DNA of 64,000 nt from Felis catus. Taxonomy: Eukaryota. The position numbers and the translations under genes were made by a program. Positions 35,250 to 45,489 of the stretch are shown in pieces. The notes below the pieces were generated by a model. That model saw only the letters and a program-made list of their open reading frames with translations, searched no databases and had not been told where the DNA came from. The stretch spans positions 112,158,001 to 112,222,000 of the forward strand of contig NC_058377.1 of assembly GCF_018350175.1 (NCBI RefSeq). Reading direction: 5' to 3'. How positions within the stretch are numbered: position 1 is the first letter of the stretch; each line of letters starts with the position of its first letter.

Positions 35250-35680
35250 ACTGTGGGTTGAACGGTGCTCCCCCAAAAGGATGTGTCCACATTCTAACTC
35301 CGGGAACCTGTGAATGTGACCTTATTTGGAAACAGGGTCTCTGCAGACGCGATTCAGTTAAGCTGGGGTCATCAGGAAAAGCCCTAATCCAATGACATGT
35401 CTCTTCTAAAACGGGGGAGATCTGGAGCCCCCTCCAGGGGAGGGGCCGTGTGAAGACAGAGGCGGAGCCAGGAGGGACGCGGCCACCAGCCCAGGGGCGC
35501 CTGGAGCTCCAGAAACTGAAGGCGGCAGGAAGGACCCTCCCCTCGCACCTTCAAGGGAGCACAGCCCTGCCCACGCCTTGATTTTGGACTTCCGGCCTCC
35601 AGGCTGTGGGAGAACAAATTTCTGTGTTAGCCACACGGTGGGTGGCGCTTGAGGCGGCCGCCCCAGGAAGCAAACCCCAG
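35250..35680 (+). mobile_element. MaLR LTR (MLT1C-like)
   Basis: tgtgggttgaacggtg...acctgtgaatgtgaccttatttggaaacagggtctctgcaga...ccttgattttggacttccggcctccag. Confidence 0.87.
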
Positions 35681-38600
35681 GTGCATCCGTGCACCAAGAG
35701 ACGGCCCGACGTGCTAACACCCACACCTGCCCGCAGGGGTCGGGGGCCACGGTCTGGCTTACGGAACTTCTCGGCCCAGACTTCAGACCAGCGAGCCCTC
35801 AAGGGCCCCGACGCGGTCTCGGGCCTCGACACACAGGTGGGGCAGGCACGGCGGCTCTGGGGGGAGTGGCCGGGGAACGCCGGAGCCCCACTCCTCACTG
35901 CTACTTTCTTCGGCTTCTCCCACCAAGCCCGCCATCGTGCGCACCCCTTCATGGGTACAGCCTAACACTGGGGACCTGACGGCCCAGGACGGCACCCCAG
36001 CGGGGATGCGTCTGCAGACACAGGAGCCCCGATCCACCCCTCAGCCACCTCCTGATGGCGCCTGCAGATTATATCCGTGAGACCGTACCGGCCGTCTGCC
36101 CACCGAGACCCCGGAACACAGGTCCACAAAATCGCAAATAGGAAGATACAAGAGTATCATCTGTCCCCAGCGGCATTCACGCCGTCACTCGCCCGAGTGG
36201 AGGCTCACGCGACGGGCAGCCACGGGTGGAAATGCTGGCTGTGTTTAGAGGAAGGACCCAGCAAGGCGTAGAGAAACGGGCACCAGTGACCGGAAAGGCA
36301 GCGTTTGCCAAAGGCTAAGGATCCCCCCGTCCCTCCCGCCTGTGGTGGCCACGAGCCGCTGCGCGGAGCCACCTGCTCTGGCCCACCCTCCCTGCGTGAG
36401 AGGGTCTCGGGCCTTCCTTGGTCAAAATGGCACGGGGTGGGGGTTCTAGGAGGGGCTGGTGTGTTCCCAGAAGCACCACTAGGAGGGGCCGTGTGGCCTG
36501 GCTGCGGGGTCGGGGGGGCGGGGCTGGGCTGGCTGCTCCATCGCCCCTCCCCGAGAGGGACCCCAGCCCAGCAGCGGGGTCCCTGTGCGGCTGTCCAGGG
36601 CCCAGCGTGGCTGCGGGACGGCGCTGAGCATTTGAGGAGGCCTTGCTGGTATCGCAGAGACCCCGTGGCCCCGGAGAATCCCGGGGAAAGAGGCCCCACA
36701 AGGAAGACTGGCTCCGGGGAGCCTCGGGGCAAGCCTAGCAGGTGCAGAAAAGCACACCTCCTTCTGTCCTGGGCACCTGGGTCGACTCAGGCGCTCGGCC
36801 TGAGCCCTGGAGGGGCTACAAACGGGAGTCCCGGCACCTGTGCCCCCATGACCCACCCCCATCGGTCAGGGACGTCGTAGGCAGGACCTGGCAGGGTGGG
36901 GGTGCCCGGGAACATCTGCGGACAGTGAAGGAGAGAGGGATCAGCCACTCAGTGCCATAAGCACATGCGTGTGGACACCAGTCCGTGCGCCACAGGACCC
37001 TGGGAAGGGTGATGCGGTCTGGGAGGGTCCCAGAGGGCCTGGGGTGGGTGGAGGAGAGGCCTCGAAAGCCAGCTCCCCTTCCTGCCCCCACCCTCCCAGA
37101 CCTCGGTCTCCGAGGACATTCACTGTGTCTCCAAATGCCTCGCTTCCCGGGGGGGCTCAGCCCTCCCCTCCCGAGGCCGCCTGCCTCTGCCTTCGTTGAT
37201 GTTCTCAAGTGCACGGACCCCACATCCCCACTCGGCTCCCTAAGCGGAGTCTGGTTCACACCCACTCATATGGTCATCCTCAGCCTCTCCCACCCCCACC
37301 GGATGGCCAGGCCAACCCTGAAGAACGCAGGTCGGCGGCGGGAGGTTGGCATGGCCTCCTGTTTTAAATTTGTGGACGCCATTCCCGAAGACTCATAATC
37401 CACCCGGCTATTGTACCTGACTTTGGTCTGAAACATCTGGGTGATAGGATAGTAATCGTGTCTCCACAGCGTAACTCTCCCCACCTTTATCATTTGGGTA
37501 CCAAGGACCCTGGTTTTGGCCCCGTTGCTTGGGTTCCATATATGTTATTATTTTTTTTTACACTGACTCGGGGTCTTCCGTACTCAATACCCTCTCCAAA
37601 GCCCAGCAGGAATAGAGCCTCGGTTTTATGACCATGCAATAAAGTGAACCCGTGCCATCGAAGTGGAGACGTGGACCCTTCCCTCCCAGCATCACCTGTG
37701 AGCCACAGGGGCACGTGGCCCCTACTGGGGACACGTCACCTTCTCTCTTCCACCCGACCCCTGGCGTGTCGGAACTCTGAATTCTCCCGCTAAAAGCATG
37801 AACACATAGGAACACTGGCCTGGGGCCCCCGAGTCGGTGCTGCCTGGAGGCTAGGGGCCGGCGGGGCGACCCTGAGGGACCCCCCCCCCCCTCACCACAC
37901 TCATGCTGTGCACCTTCCCAGCCTAAGACACGGAGGGGAACTGAGGGTGCGTGGGCTTCTTCCCTCCCAGGGTCTGCGCGCTTTCCTGGGGACAGCATGC
38001 AAACCCGAAGAGCACCGAGATACTCCCACCCACGTGGCTTCTGAGCTCACAGGTAGCCACTAGAAGCCCAATGAAAGGGAGACTGCAGGGGGTCCTTGAG
38101 GAGGCGGGCCTTGACTTTGGTTTTGAAGGATAACATGACCAGGATATGTGAGGGTGGGAGGGCAAAGACGGGGCAGTGACGGGGACACTGAGGGCCTTTC
38201 AAGGGCACGGGCTTTCTGGCCGGGAAAGACGCACAGACAAGGGGGCAGTGAGCTGGCACTTCCAGGGAGGAAGGGATCCAGTAGAACCCGCTGGGAGCTT
38301 CTCTGGCCCGGGCCAGGCCGCAGGAGGTCTGCCCTGGGTTCTGGCCCAGGGGAGCCCCGAGAAGGCATCACGGATCGGCCGGTCTCCCAGCTGAGAGCAC
38401 GTGTGGGCCCCTCCTGGAGGGAGCGTGGGTTGAGGCTCAGGCTTTAACACCAAGCTTGGGAGATTTATAGCTCCATTTAGCTCATACATGTCCCACATCA
38501 CGACGAGTAATTTACTGAGTGCTTTAACTCAAAGCCAACAACTGAAAAATTAATCCCCAAAGCAAACGATTAACTCTCAAAGGGGATGGGATGCCTCATT

Positions 38601-38910
38601 TCTGCGGCACCGGCCCCCAGGCTCTCATCCGGAAGGCTCTTGCTACTTTCCACCCGGTCCCACGTGGGGAGAGGCTGAGCTTGGGCAGACAGTGGGTCAC
38701 CTTGGGCTCATCCTGGGTGTTAATTAAACCTGTGGCCCAAAGGTCCTCTCCTGGAGGAGTGCCCAGAGAACGGACGCCCCGTAATGTAATACGCGCAGGG
38801 CCAGCCCAGTCCAGCGGGAATGCAGCGTTTCTCTAACACATGAGGGTGTTCGTGCAGACGGTGAGCTGGGGTCTATCTGACCTCTCCTTGGACTCAGTTC
38901 CAACAATCTC

Positions 38911-39296
38911 TGTGTGAGTTCGCTCTGGCAGCATAACACCGTCCCATAGTCGGGGCTCGCACCACAGGACGCTTTGTCTCCCGGTCCTGGAGGCCGGAGC
39001 CCGAGGTCCAGGCGTGGGCGGGGCCGGGTCCTCCTGAGGCCTCCCTCCTTGTGTGTGGACGGCCGTCCTCTCCCAGTGGCCCCACGGGGTCGTCACTCCG
39101 TGCATGTCTGAGTTCTAATCCCCTCTTCTTACAAGGACCCCGTGCATTCTGGATCGGACCCTCCCCTAGTGACCTCACTTTACCTGAATCACCTCCTCCG
39201 AGGCCCCGTCTCCAGATGGCCTCAGATCACGTTCTGAGCTGGTAGGGGTCAAGACTCCAACATATGAATTCTGGGGACCCAACTCAGCCCATGGCA
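38911..39296 (-). mobile_element. MaLR LTR (MLT1B-like)
   Basis: ctcttcttacaaggac...gacctcactttacctgaatcacctc...tcaagactccaacatatgaattctgggga. Confidence 0.85.
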
Positions 39297-40436
39297 GTCT
39301 TCAACAATACGTTCCCTTCCCAGCTGCTGGCCCAGACTCCTCTCCTGACTCGTTGTTGGCGGAGGTCCTGCCCACGGGACGGGTGGCGAGGGGCAGGGAG
39401 CCAGGGTCAGCACCCCAGGTGCTCCAGTCCCTCTACAAATGACTTTGTAATCTTTGACAAGACCCCTATCTGGGGAAGCGAGAGGGTTGACCCGGGCTCT
39501 CAAAGGTCCCCTTTACCTCCACACTCTTGGGTTTCAAGTGATTAGATGGGCTACGTGGGGTTCAAAGTCAGGATGTGTGATGTATCCCTACGTTCCTTCA
39601 GCCGGCTTCCAGAACCAACGCCCCTAACGAATGAGAGCTCAGTCCCACGGGAAGTTCCTTCTCTTCCGGGCAAAGTCCCGAGAAATGGCAGCTGGCTTCC
39701 AGGGGGCGATTCAGGGTCCTGGGCGCTGCCCTTTTCAACATGGAGCTTACGGGTTTGGGCTCATCTACATCCAGGCGCAGGGTGGATGGAGGGTGCGGAG
39801 GTGGCTCGTGGGGGTTTAGAACAGGCCACCCTCCCATTCCGTGGCCAGAGCTCAGGCACACGCACGAGCCTGAGTGCAGGGCACGGGCACCGGGGCCACG
39901 GCGTCGAGCTGCGTGCCGTACAAGAGGCTGCGAGCCCGTGTGTGGTAGGGAAGTCGTAGCTTGAGTCAAGGGAAGGACAGCCCGAAACAGCGCGGGTGGC
40001 CATTGAGAGGTTGCCCACTGGCTGCAGGAAGTGCCCGGTGTGCGTGACAGCCGCAAAATGACCGCTCTGGGGCGGAGGCAGATGACAGCGGTGGCCCGTG
40101 CTTGTGTGCCAGGAACTCCCGGGTCCACAGGCGCCTCCCCACAGGTGCACGAGGAGGAGAAAACGCCAAGTCTCCATCCCCCCGTGATGTCCTCCTGATT
40201 AGACACCCACCTCCCCGACCTGCCAGCCGCTTCTGGGCATCTCACACTCTTCCCGGGAGCTCGTCCCCGGCGGCATCCGGAGGGAGTCCTCCCCACACGG
40301 GCTCCAAGGTCATGGTAACCACTGTGCGGATCCGCAGAAGGTTCTGGAGCCCCTTCCCTTCCGTACTCTCTGGGTGACGGGTTCCCTGAGACTCCCACTC
40401 TCGGCTGTAAGACCTTCGGCTGTTAGTGCCCGATCG

Positions 40437-41010
40437 GACTTTATTCTGAGACTTTCTATTTTGGAACACTTTTAGGTTTACAGACAGAAAAATTGAGCAG
40501 ATACTACGGCAAATTCCCACACATCCCTTCCCTCCTATTATTCACACCTTGCGCTGACTGGTGTGTTACGTTTGCCACAGGTGATGAGCCAATCCTGATT
40601 ATGTTCTCACGAACTGAAGCCCACAGGGCTCACGCTTCACGTACTTTCTACAGGTTTTGCCACGTATCCGACATCACAGTGGCACACAATAGTTTCACTG
40701 CCCTAAACCCCCCCCGTGCTCCACCTGTCCAGCCCTCTCCCCCCGCCACCCCCGCCCTGACAACCACGGATCTTTTCACCGTCTCCACGGTTTTGCCCTT
40801 TCCAGAATGTCATAGAGTTGGGATCCTCGCTCCTTCGCAGAGCGGTATGCATTTGTGGGTTCCTCTTACGTGGCTCTTTCTGTGGCTTGTGGGCTCATTT
40901 CCTTTTATAGCCGCATAATATTGAATTGAATGGATGGACCACAGTTTGTTCGAGGGTGCTTCCACGTTTTGGCAATGATGAATAAAGCCGCTATAGACAC
41001 GCATGTGGAA
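40437..41010 (-). mobile_element. L1MC-like 3' fragment
   Basis: ttttaggtttacaga...aatagtttcactgccctaaa...ttttgcctttccagaatgtcatagagttgg...atgaataaagccgctat. Confidence 0.85.
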
Positions 41011-42059
41011 CCTGATCATGTTTTTGCAAAGCCACGACCATAAACATCTTGGCACCTGCTGCTATGACTCATAAGGACCTAACAGCTTCCATATCTCAAG
41101 GGCTCATTACATTACCAGGCATCACACCAAAAGCTTTACTCATCACTCTCCGTTTACCGAGTGCCTCCTGCAGGCAGGTCTGTCCCTGGGGCTGGGGACA
41201 GAGCCACCGACTGGTCTCAGGCTTGTGTGAATTACAGACAAAAAGCACGCAAACACACTATCCTATAGTAGTAAGTCTCCAGGTAAGGGTTAAACCCAGG
41301 CCCGTCCACCCTGAAGTCCCTGCTGCTAAGCCTCAAAGGAGAGGCTGAGAGCCTAGGGGCTCCACGTGGATACTTCTGGAAGGATGTTCCATGGTGGAGC
41401 AGAGACAAAGGAGCCCGGGGTCCAGTTAGCAGCCCTGGCTTCGAGGCCGGACGTGGTGCCAGGAGGCCCCTCAAGCTCTACACAGAGAGGCCAGGCCAGT
41501 AGCACTGAGGGTGAGGGCAGGCTCACGGTTTTCACGCTCACGCCCCCGAGACCCCGCGCTTGGCCACCCCGCTCTCATAGCCCCTAAAGACAAGCAGAAG
41601 GCCCCACTCGGCCTGGCTCTCCTGGAGCAGAGGCCCCCCCGGTGCTGAGATCCCCAGTGACTCCGAGGGGGCCGAGCCAGACGAGGGGGCCGAGTCCCGG
41701 TCTGAGTCACTGCTACTATTTGAACGTTTTCCCCCTTCAAAATGACAGTCTTGGCGAATATCTTAAATGCCAGTGGAGAATAAATGCCACCAGAAAGTCT
41801 GACTATCCTTCGTCTTTTAAGCAAAGAAACCGAAATGCCACCTGGAACAAGGCGAAAGCGGGAGGGGAACCCTGGGTCCACTCCCTCTGGCACTCACTGT
41901 GGGGGCGCGGCTGTCCGCCAAGTGTAGACTCCTCACCGCACACCTGGGCTGGCGGCTCGGTGCCGCGGGCTCCCCCTGTGAGCCGGCCTCAGGCTCGCCC
42001 TGTACACTGGCCCAGCCCCGCACAGTGGGTGCCTGTCACCGCCACAGAGATGCTGGCTG

Positions 42060-42320
42060 GGCCGGCGTTCAGGGCTCAGCCTCGAGCTGGACGGCCTGGG
42101 TGCAAATCCCAGCCCTCCACCTTCAGCTGCGCAACCTTAACCAAATGACTCACCCTCCCTGTGCCTTGGGCGCCTCATCTGTAACGGGTGGACGTCTCAG
42201 TGCCCCCCTCGAGGGATGCGAGGTGGCTCCATGAGAACATTCCAGAAAGAATGTAACCCACGGCTTTGACCCCTGGAGACCTCTGAAGATCTGCTGAGAG
42301 AGAGGCTCTGTGCCAGGCAC
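42060..42320 (+). mobile_element. MIR fragment
   Basis: cctgggtgcaaatcccagc...accttaaccaaatgactcaccctccctgtgcctt...cctcatctgtaa. Confidence 0.7.
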
Positions 42321-42544
42321 GGGGCAACCGAGCCAAATGGGACACGGCTCGTCTACCACTGTCCTGAGAAAGAGCTGAACAGGGAGACGCAAAATCAACA
42401 AGGAGGCACCTGGTTTCGTGGACGTGAGAAGAAACAGTGACACAGACACACAACCCCTCCGGCAAACTTGGCCTCCTCGGTGCGTCTGTCCCTCTCGTGT
42501 TTTTCCCTTAAATTTAAAGGGCTCTATCTTTTAAATCAGTTTAA

Positions 42545-42751
42545 GTTCATTCATTTATTTTGAGAGCGAGAGAGACAGAGAGCAGGCAGGGGAGGGGCAG
42601 AGAGACAGGGAGAGAGAGAACCCCTAGCAGGCTCTGCACCGCCAGCTCTGAGCCTGACGTGGGGCTCGGACTTACACACCACTGCGAGACCACGACCTGA
42701 GCCGAGACCGAGAGTTGGGACGCTTAACCGACCGAGCCACCCAGGCGCTCC
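42545..42751 (-). mobile_element. Can-SINE
   Basis: cgcttaaccgaccgagccacccaggcgctcc; flanks aatcagt(c)ttaagttca. Confidence 0.93.
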
Positions 42752-43339
42752 TTCCAATCAGTCTTAAGTTCACAGGAAAGGTGAGCACAAAGTAAGAGCT
42801 CCCGCACACGGCACCTTTTTCTTACGCCGAGAGTGATGCGTTCGGCCGCTGCTCTGCTTGTGGCTCTTTTCGCTTAAAGCCATTTGCTTGGCAGTCGTCG
42901 CCTAGCAGGACCCCAGCGCCGCCTCGTCTTTGCAACCGCTCCACTGCACAGCCCTGCGTGGCCACTCTGTGTCTTATTGGACTAATGCCCTCCTGGGGCT
43001 GCGTGGGTGGTTTCCATGAGCTTCCACCTGGGCCAGCAGAACTGGAGGGGACAGTCCCGGAAGTGCAGAGGCGGGAGCAAAGGGTACTGGCATTTAGTGC
43101 CTTAGTAGGAAGTGATGAGTTTCCTCTGGAAAAGACGTGCCAGCTCAATGTCTCCCCAAAATGGAAGAGAGCGCCCCTTGCCCACCCCACTGCTGCCCAG
43201 ACAACAGACAGGTGTGACAGAGAAAGAGCCTTGAGGCAGAATGGCCGTCCTTGGGCCACTCCCACGCCGGGGTTGCCCACCAAGTGGACTGGAACGGACA
43301 GCATCCTCGTGGAGACCACTGCCCCCACTCCCTTGTAAT

Positions 43340-43737
43340 TCTGCGTAACAGCAACAGACCGCCATGAGCGGAAAAATCTAAATACCTTTACAATATCTTA
43401 AAAAAGTATGAAAAAGTTAGGGACAAATCTGGCAAAAGACTGGGGAGACCTGTACACGGGAAACCTCAAAACACTGTTGGGAGACGCAGACAAGCCAATG
43501 CAATGGAGAGATTCCCTGTGGCTTTGCAGCAGATGCTCCGTGATGGCTGGGTCCAGCGGTCCACGCTCCTCGGTGGACGGGCTCAGCGTGATCCCGGCAG
43601 GCTCTTTATAGAAGATGACGAGCTGACTGCTAAATTCATATGGAGATGCAAGCTCCCTTGGATAGCCAAAAGGTATTTTGTAAACATTTTGTGTATTTAT
43701 TTATTTTAGAGAGAGAGCATGTGTGAAAGGGGGAGGG

Positions 43738-43777
<40 letters not shown>

Positions 43778-44290
43778 CTTTGATTTTTTTACAGTTTATT
43801 TATTCGGAGAGAACACGAGTGGGGGAGAGGGAGAGAGAATCCCAAGCTGCCAAGCTGTCTCTGGGTTGTCAGTGTAGAGCCTGATGCGGGGCTCGAACTC
43901 ACAAACCATGAGGTTGTGACCTGAGCTGAACCAAGAGTCAGACGCTTAACTGGTTGAGCCACCCGAGGGCCCTGAGAGAAAGAATCTTAAGCAGGCTCGA
44001 TGCTACACGTGGAGCCTGATGGGGGGCTCGATCCCACAACCGCGGGATCATGACCTGAGCTGAAATCAAGAGCTGGGTGTTCAACCAACTGAGCCATCCA
44101 GGAGCCCCCAAAAAGTTTTTGAGAAAGAAGAACAAAACTGGAGGACTGACCCGATCTATTTCAAGACTTATTATGAAGACACAGTAATCAAGACAGTCGA
44201 TGATGAAACAGAAGAGAGCGCGCAGAACCAGACCTGCGTGCATATGCGAACTGGTTTCTGACAGAGCACAAAGGGAATCTGCTGGAGAAG
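43340..44290 (+). mobile_element. Old L1 ORF2 fragment, interrupted by nested SINEs
   Basis: ttagggacaaatctggcaaaagac...ctaaattcatatggagatgcaa...aagaagaacaaaactggaggactgac. Confidence 0.8.
43685..44109 (-). mobile_element. Can-SINE (outer, split at 43780/43974) containing a second Can-SINE at 43781-43973
   Basis: Outer tail and (GA)n at 43685-43780, complete inner SINE, outer head at 43974-44109; junction duplication gagagagagaggatctt / gagagaaagaatctt. Confidence 0.88.
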
Positions 44291-45186
44291 GAATTGGTAG
44301 CGATGTCCTGGCTCTCATTTCTGCTATAGGAGGTTGTGCCCGCCACACCCCCCTTTTATTCCCGGAGAAGCTTGGCTAGAAGTTTATCAATGTTACTGCT
44401 GTTTTCAAAGAACCGGCTTTAGGTGTCATTATATCCCCTATTATTGTTCTATTTTCTATTTCATCGATTGCTGTGATCTTCACTATTTCCCTTTTTCTCC
44501 TTATTTGGGTTTAATTTGCTCTTTTTCTTCTAGCTTCTGAGTGGAAGCTGAGGTCATTGATTTGAGCACTTTCTTTTCTAATGGAGGCATTCAGTCCTAT
44601 AAATTTCCCTTAAGGACTACTTTTGTGGTGCCCTACACACGTTGGTGGGTTGTGTTTTCATTTTCATTCAACTCAAATACTACCTAATTTCCCATTTGAT
44701 TCTTACTTTGACCCATGAATTATTTAGAGCAGCATTATTTAGTTTATAAGCATTTGGGGGGTTTTCCTGAGATCTTTCTCTTATCGGTTCCTGATACAAT
44801 TCTACTAGGGAACAAATTTGTATGACTTGAATACTTTTGAGTTTATTGACACCTGTTTTACGACACAGAATATGGTTTATCTCGAGGACTGTTCCAAGTG
44901 CTTTCGAAAAGAAAGCACAGAGCTCTACAGATGTCAATTAGGCCAAATTGGTTGAGAGCGTTGTTCCAATTTCCTACATCCTTACTGATTTTCTGTGTAC
45001 TTGCTCTATTGGCTATTGAAATAGCTGATTATAATTGAGGATCTATTTCTCTTTACAGGTCTACCAATTTTTGCCTCATGTATTTTGAAGCTCTGTTATG
45101 AGATGCGTACGTTTATGGTTCTTATGTCCTTCTACAGAATGGACTCTTCTATCATTATGAAATTACATTCTTAAACTCTGCTAACA

Positions 45187-45339
45187 TTTTTTTTTTTGAG
45201 GTGGGGTGCTGAGGGAGTTGCCAACCTCAGGTCCAAAAAGCCTTCACAGTTAAGGCACTTACTTATAGGAAGCAAGCACCTTCCCAACCTCATTTTTTAC
45301 ATGTGCACTTGTCTATCCTTTCAGTAATCAAAGGGGGAA
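45187..45339 (-). other. 3' extension (142 nt) and A11 tail of the U12 retrocopy
   Basis: Non-L1 sequence between the U12 3' end and T11 (45187-45197); whole insert flanked by TSD tctg(c/t)taacat at 45177-45187 and 45490-45500. Confidence 0.85.
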
Positions 45340-45489
45340 CAGGCAGAATGGGACTTCCAGGCATCCTGCAAAGCAGGCAGGTCACCTTAGGGATGACCTT
45401 TACCCACTCAAAAATTCGTCTCACATCAGCAGTGAGGATTTAGGTGTCACCCCAAATCATTGTGTTCCTTACTCATAAGTTTAAGGTAT
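45340..45489 (-). pseudogene. RNU12: U12 minor-spliceosomal snRNA retropseudogene (full-length 150 nt)
   Basis: Reverse complement ATACCTTAAACTTATGAGTAAGGAACACAATGATTTGGGGTGACACCTAAATCCTCACTGCTGATGTGAGACGAATTTTTGAGTGGGTAAAGGTC...CTGCCTG aligns ungapped to recalled human U12 (about 127/150 by hand count, many CpG-decay changes); Sm site AATTTTTG intact. Confidence 0.93.

Noticed and set aside
39690-39712. Additional CTCF-like matches (also ~21893-21908 and ~42198-42215)
   Set aside because: Mismatches at key core positions; such partial matches are expected by chance in GC-rich DNA.
45340-45489. Functional RNU12 gene
   Set aside because: Embedded in L1 with TSD and A-tail, CpG-decayed, and no recognisable PSE upstream.
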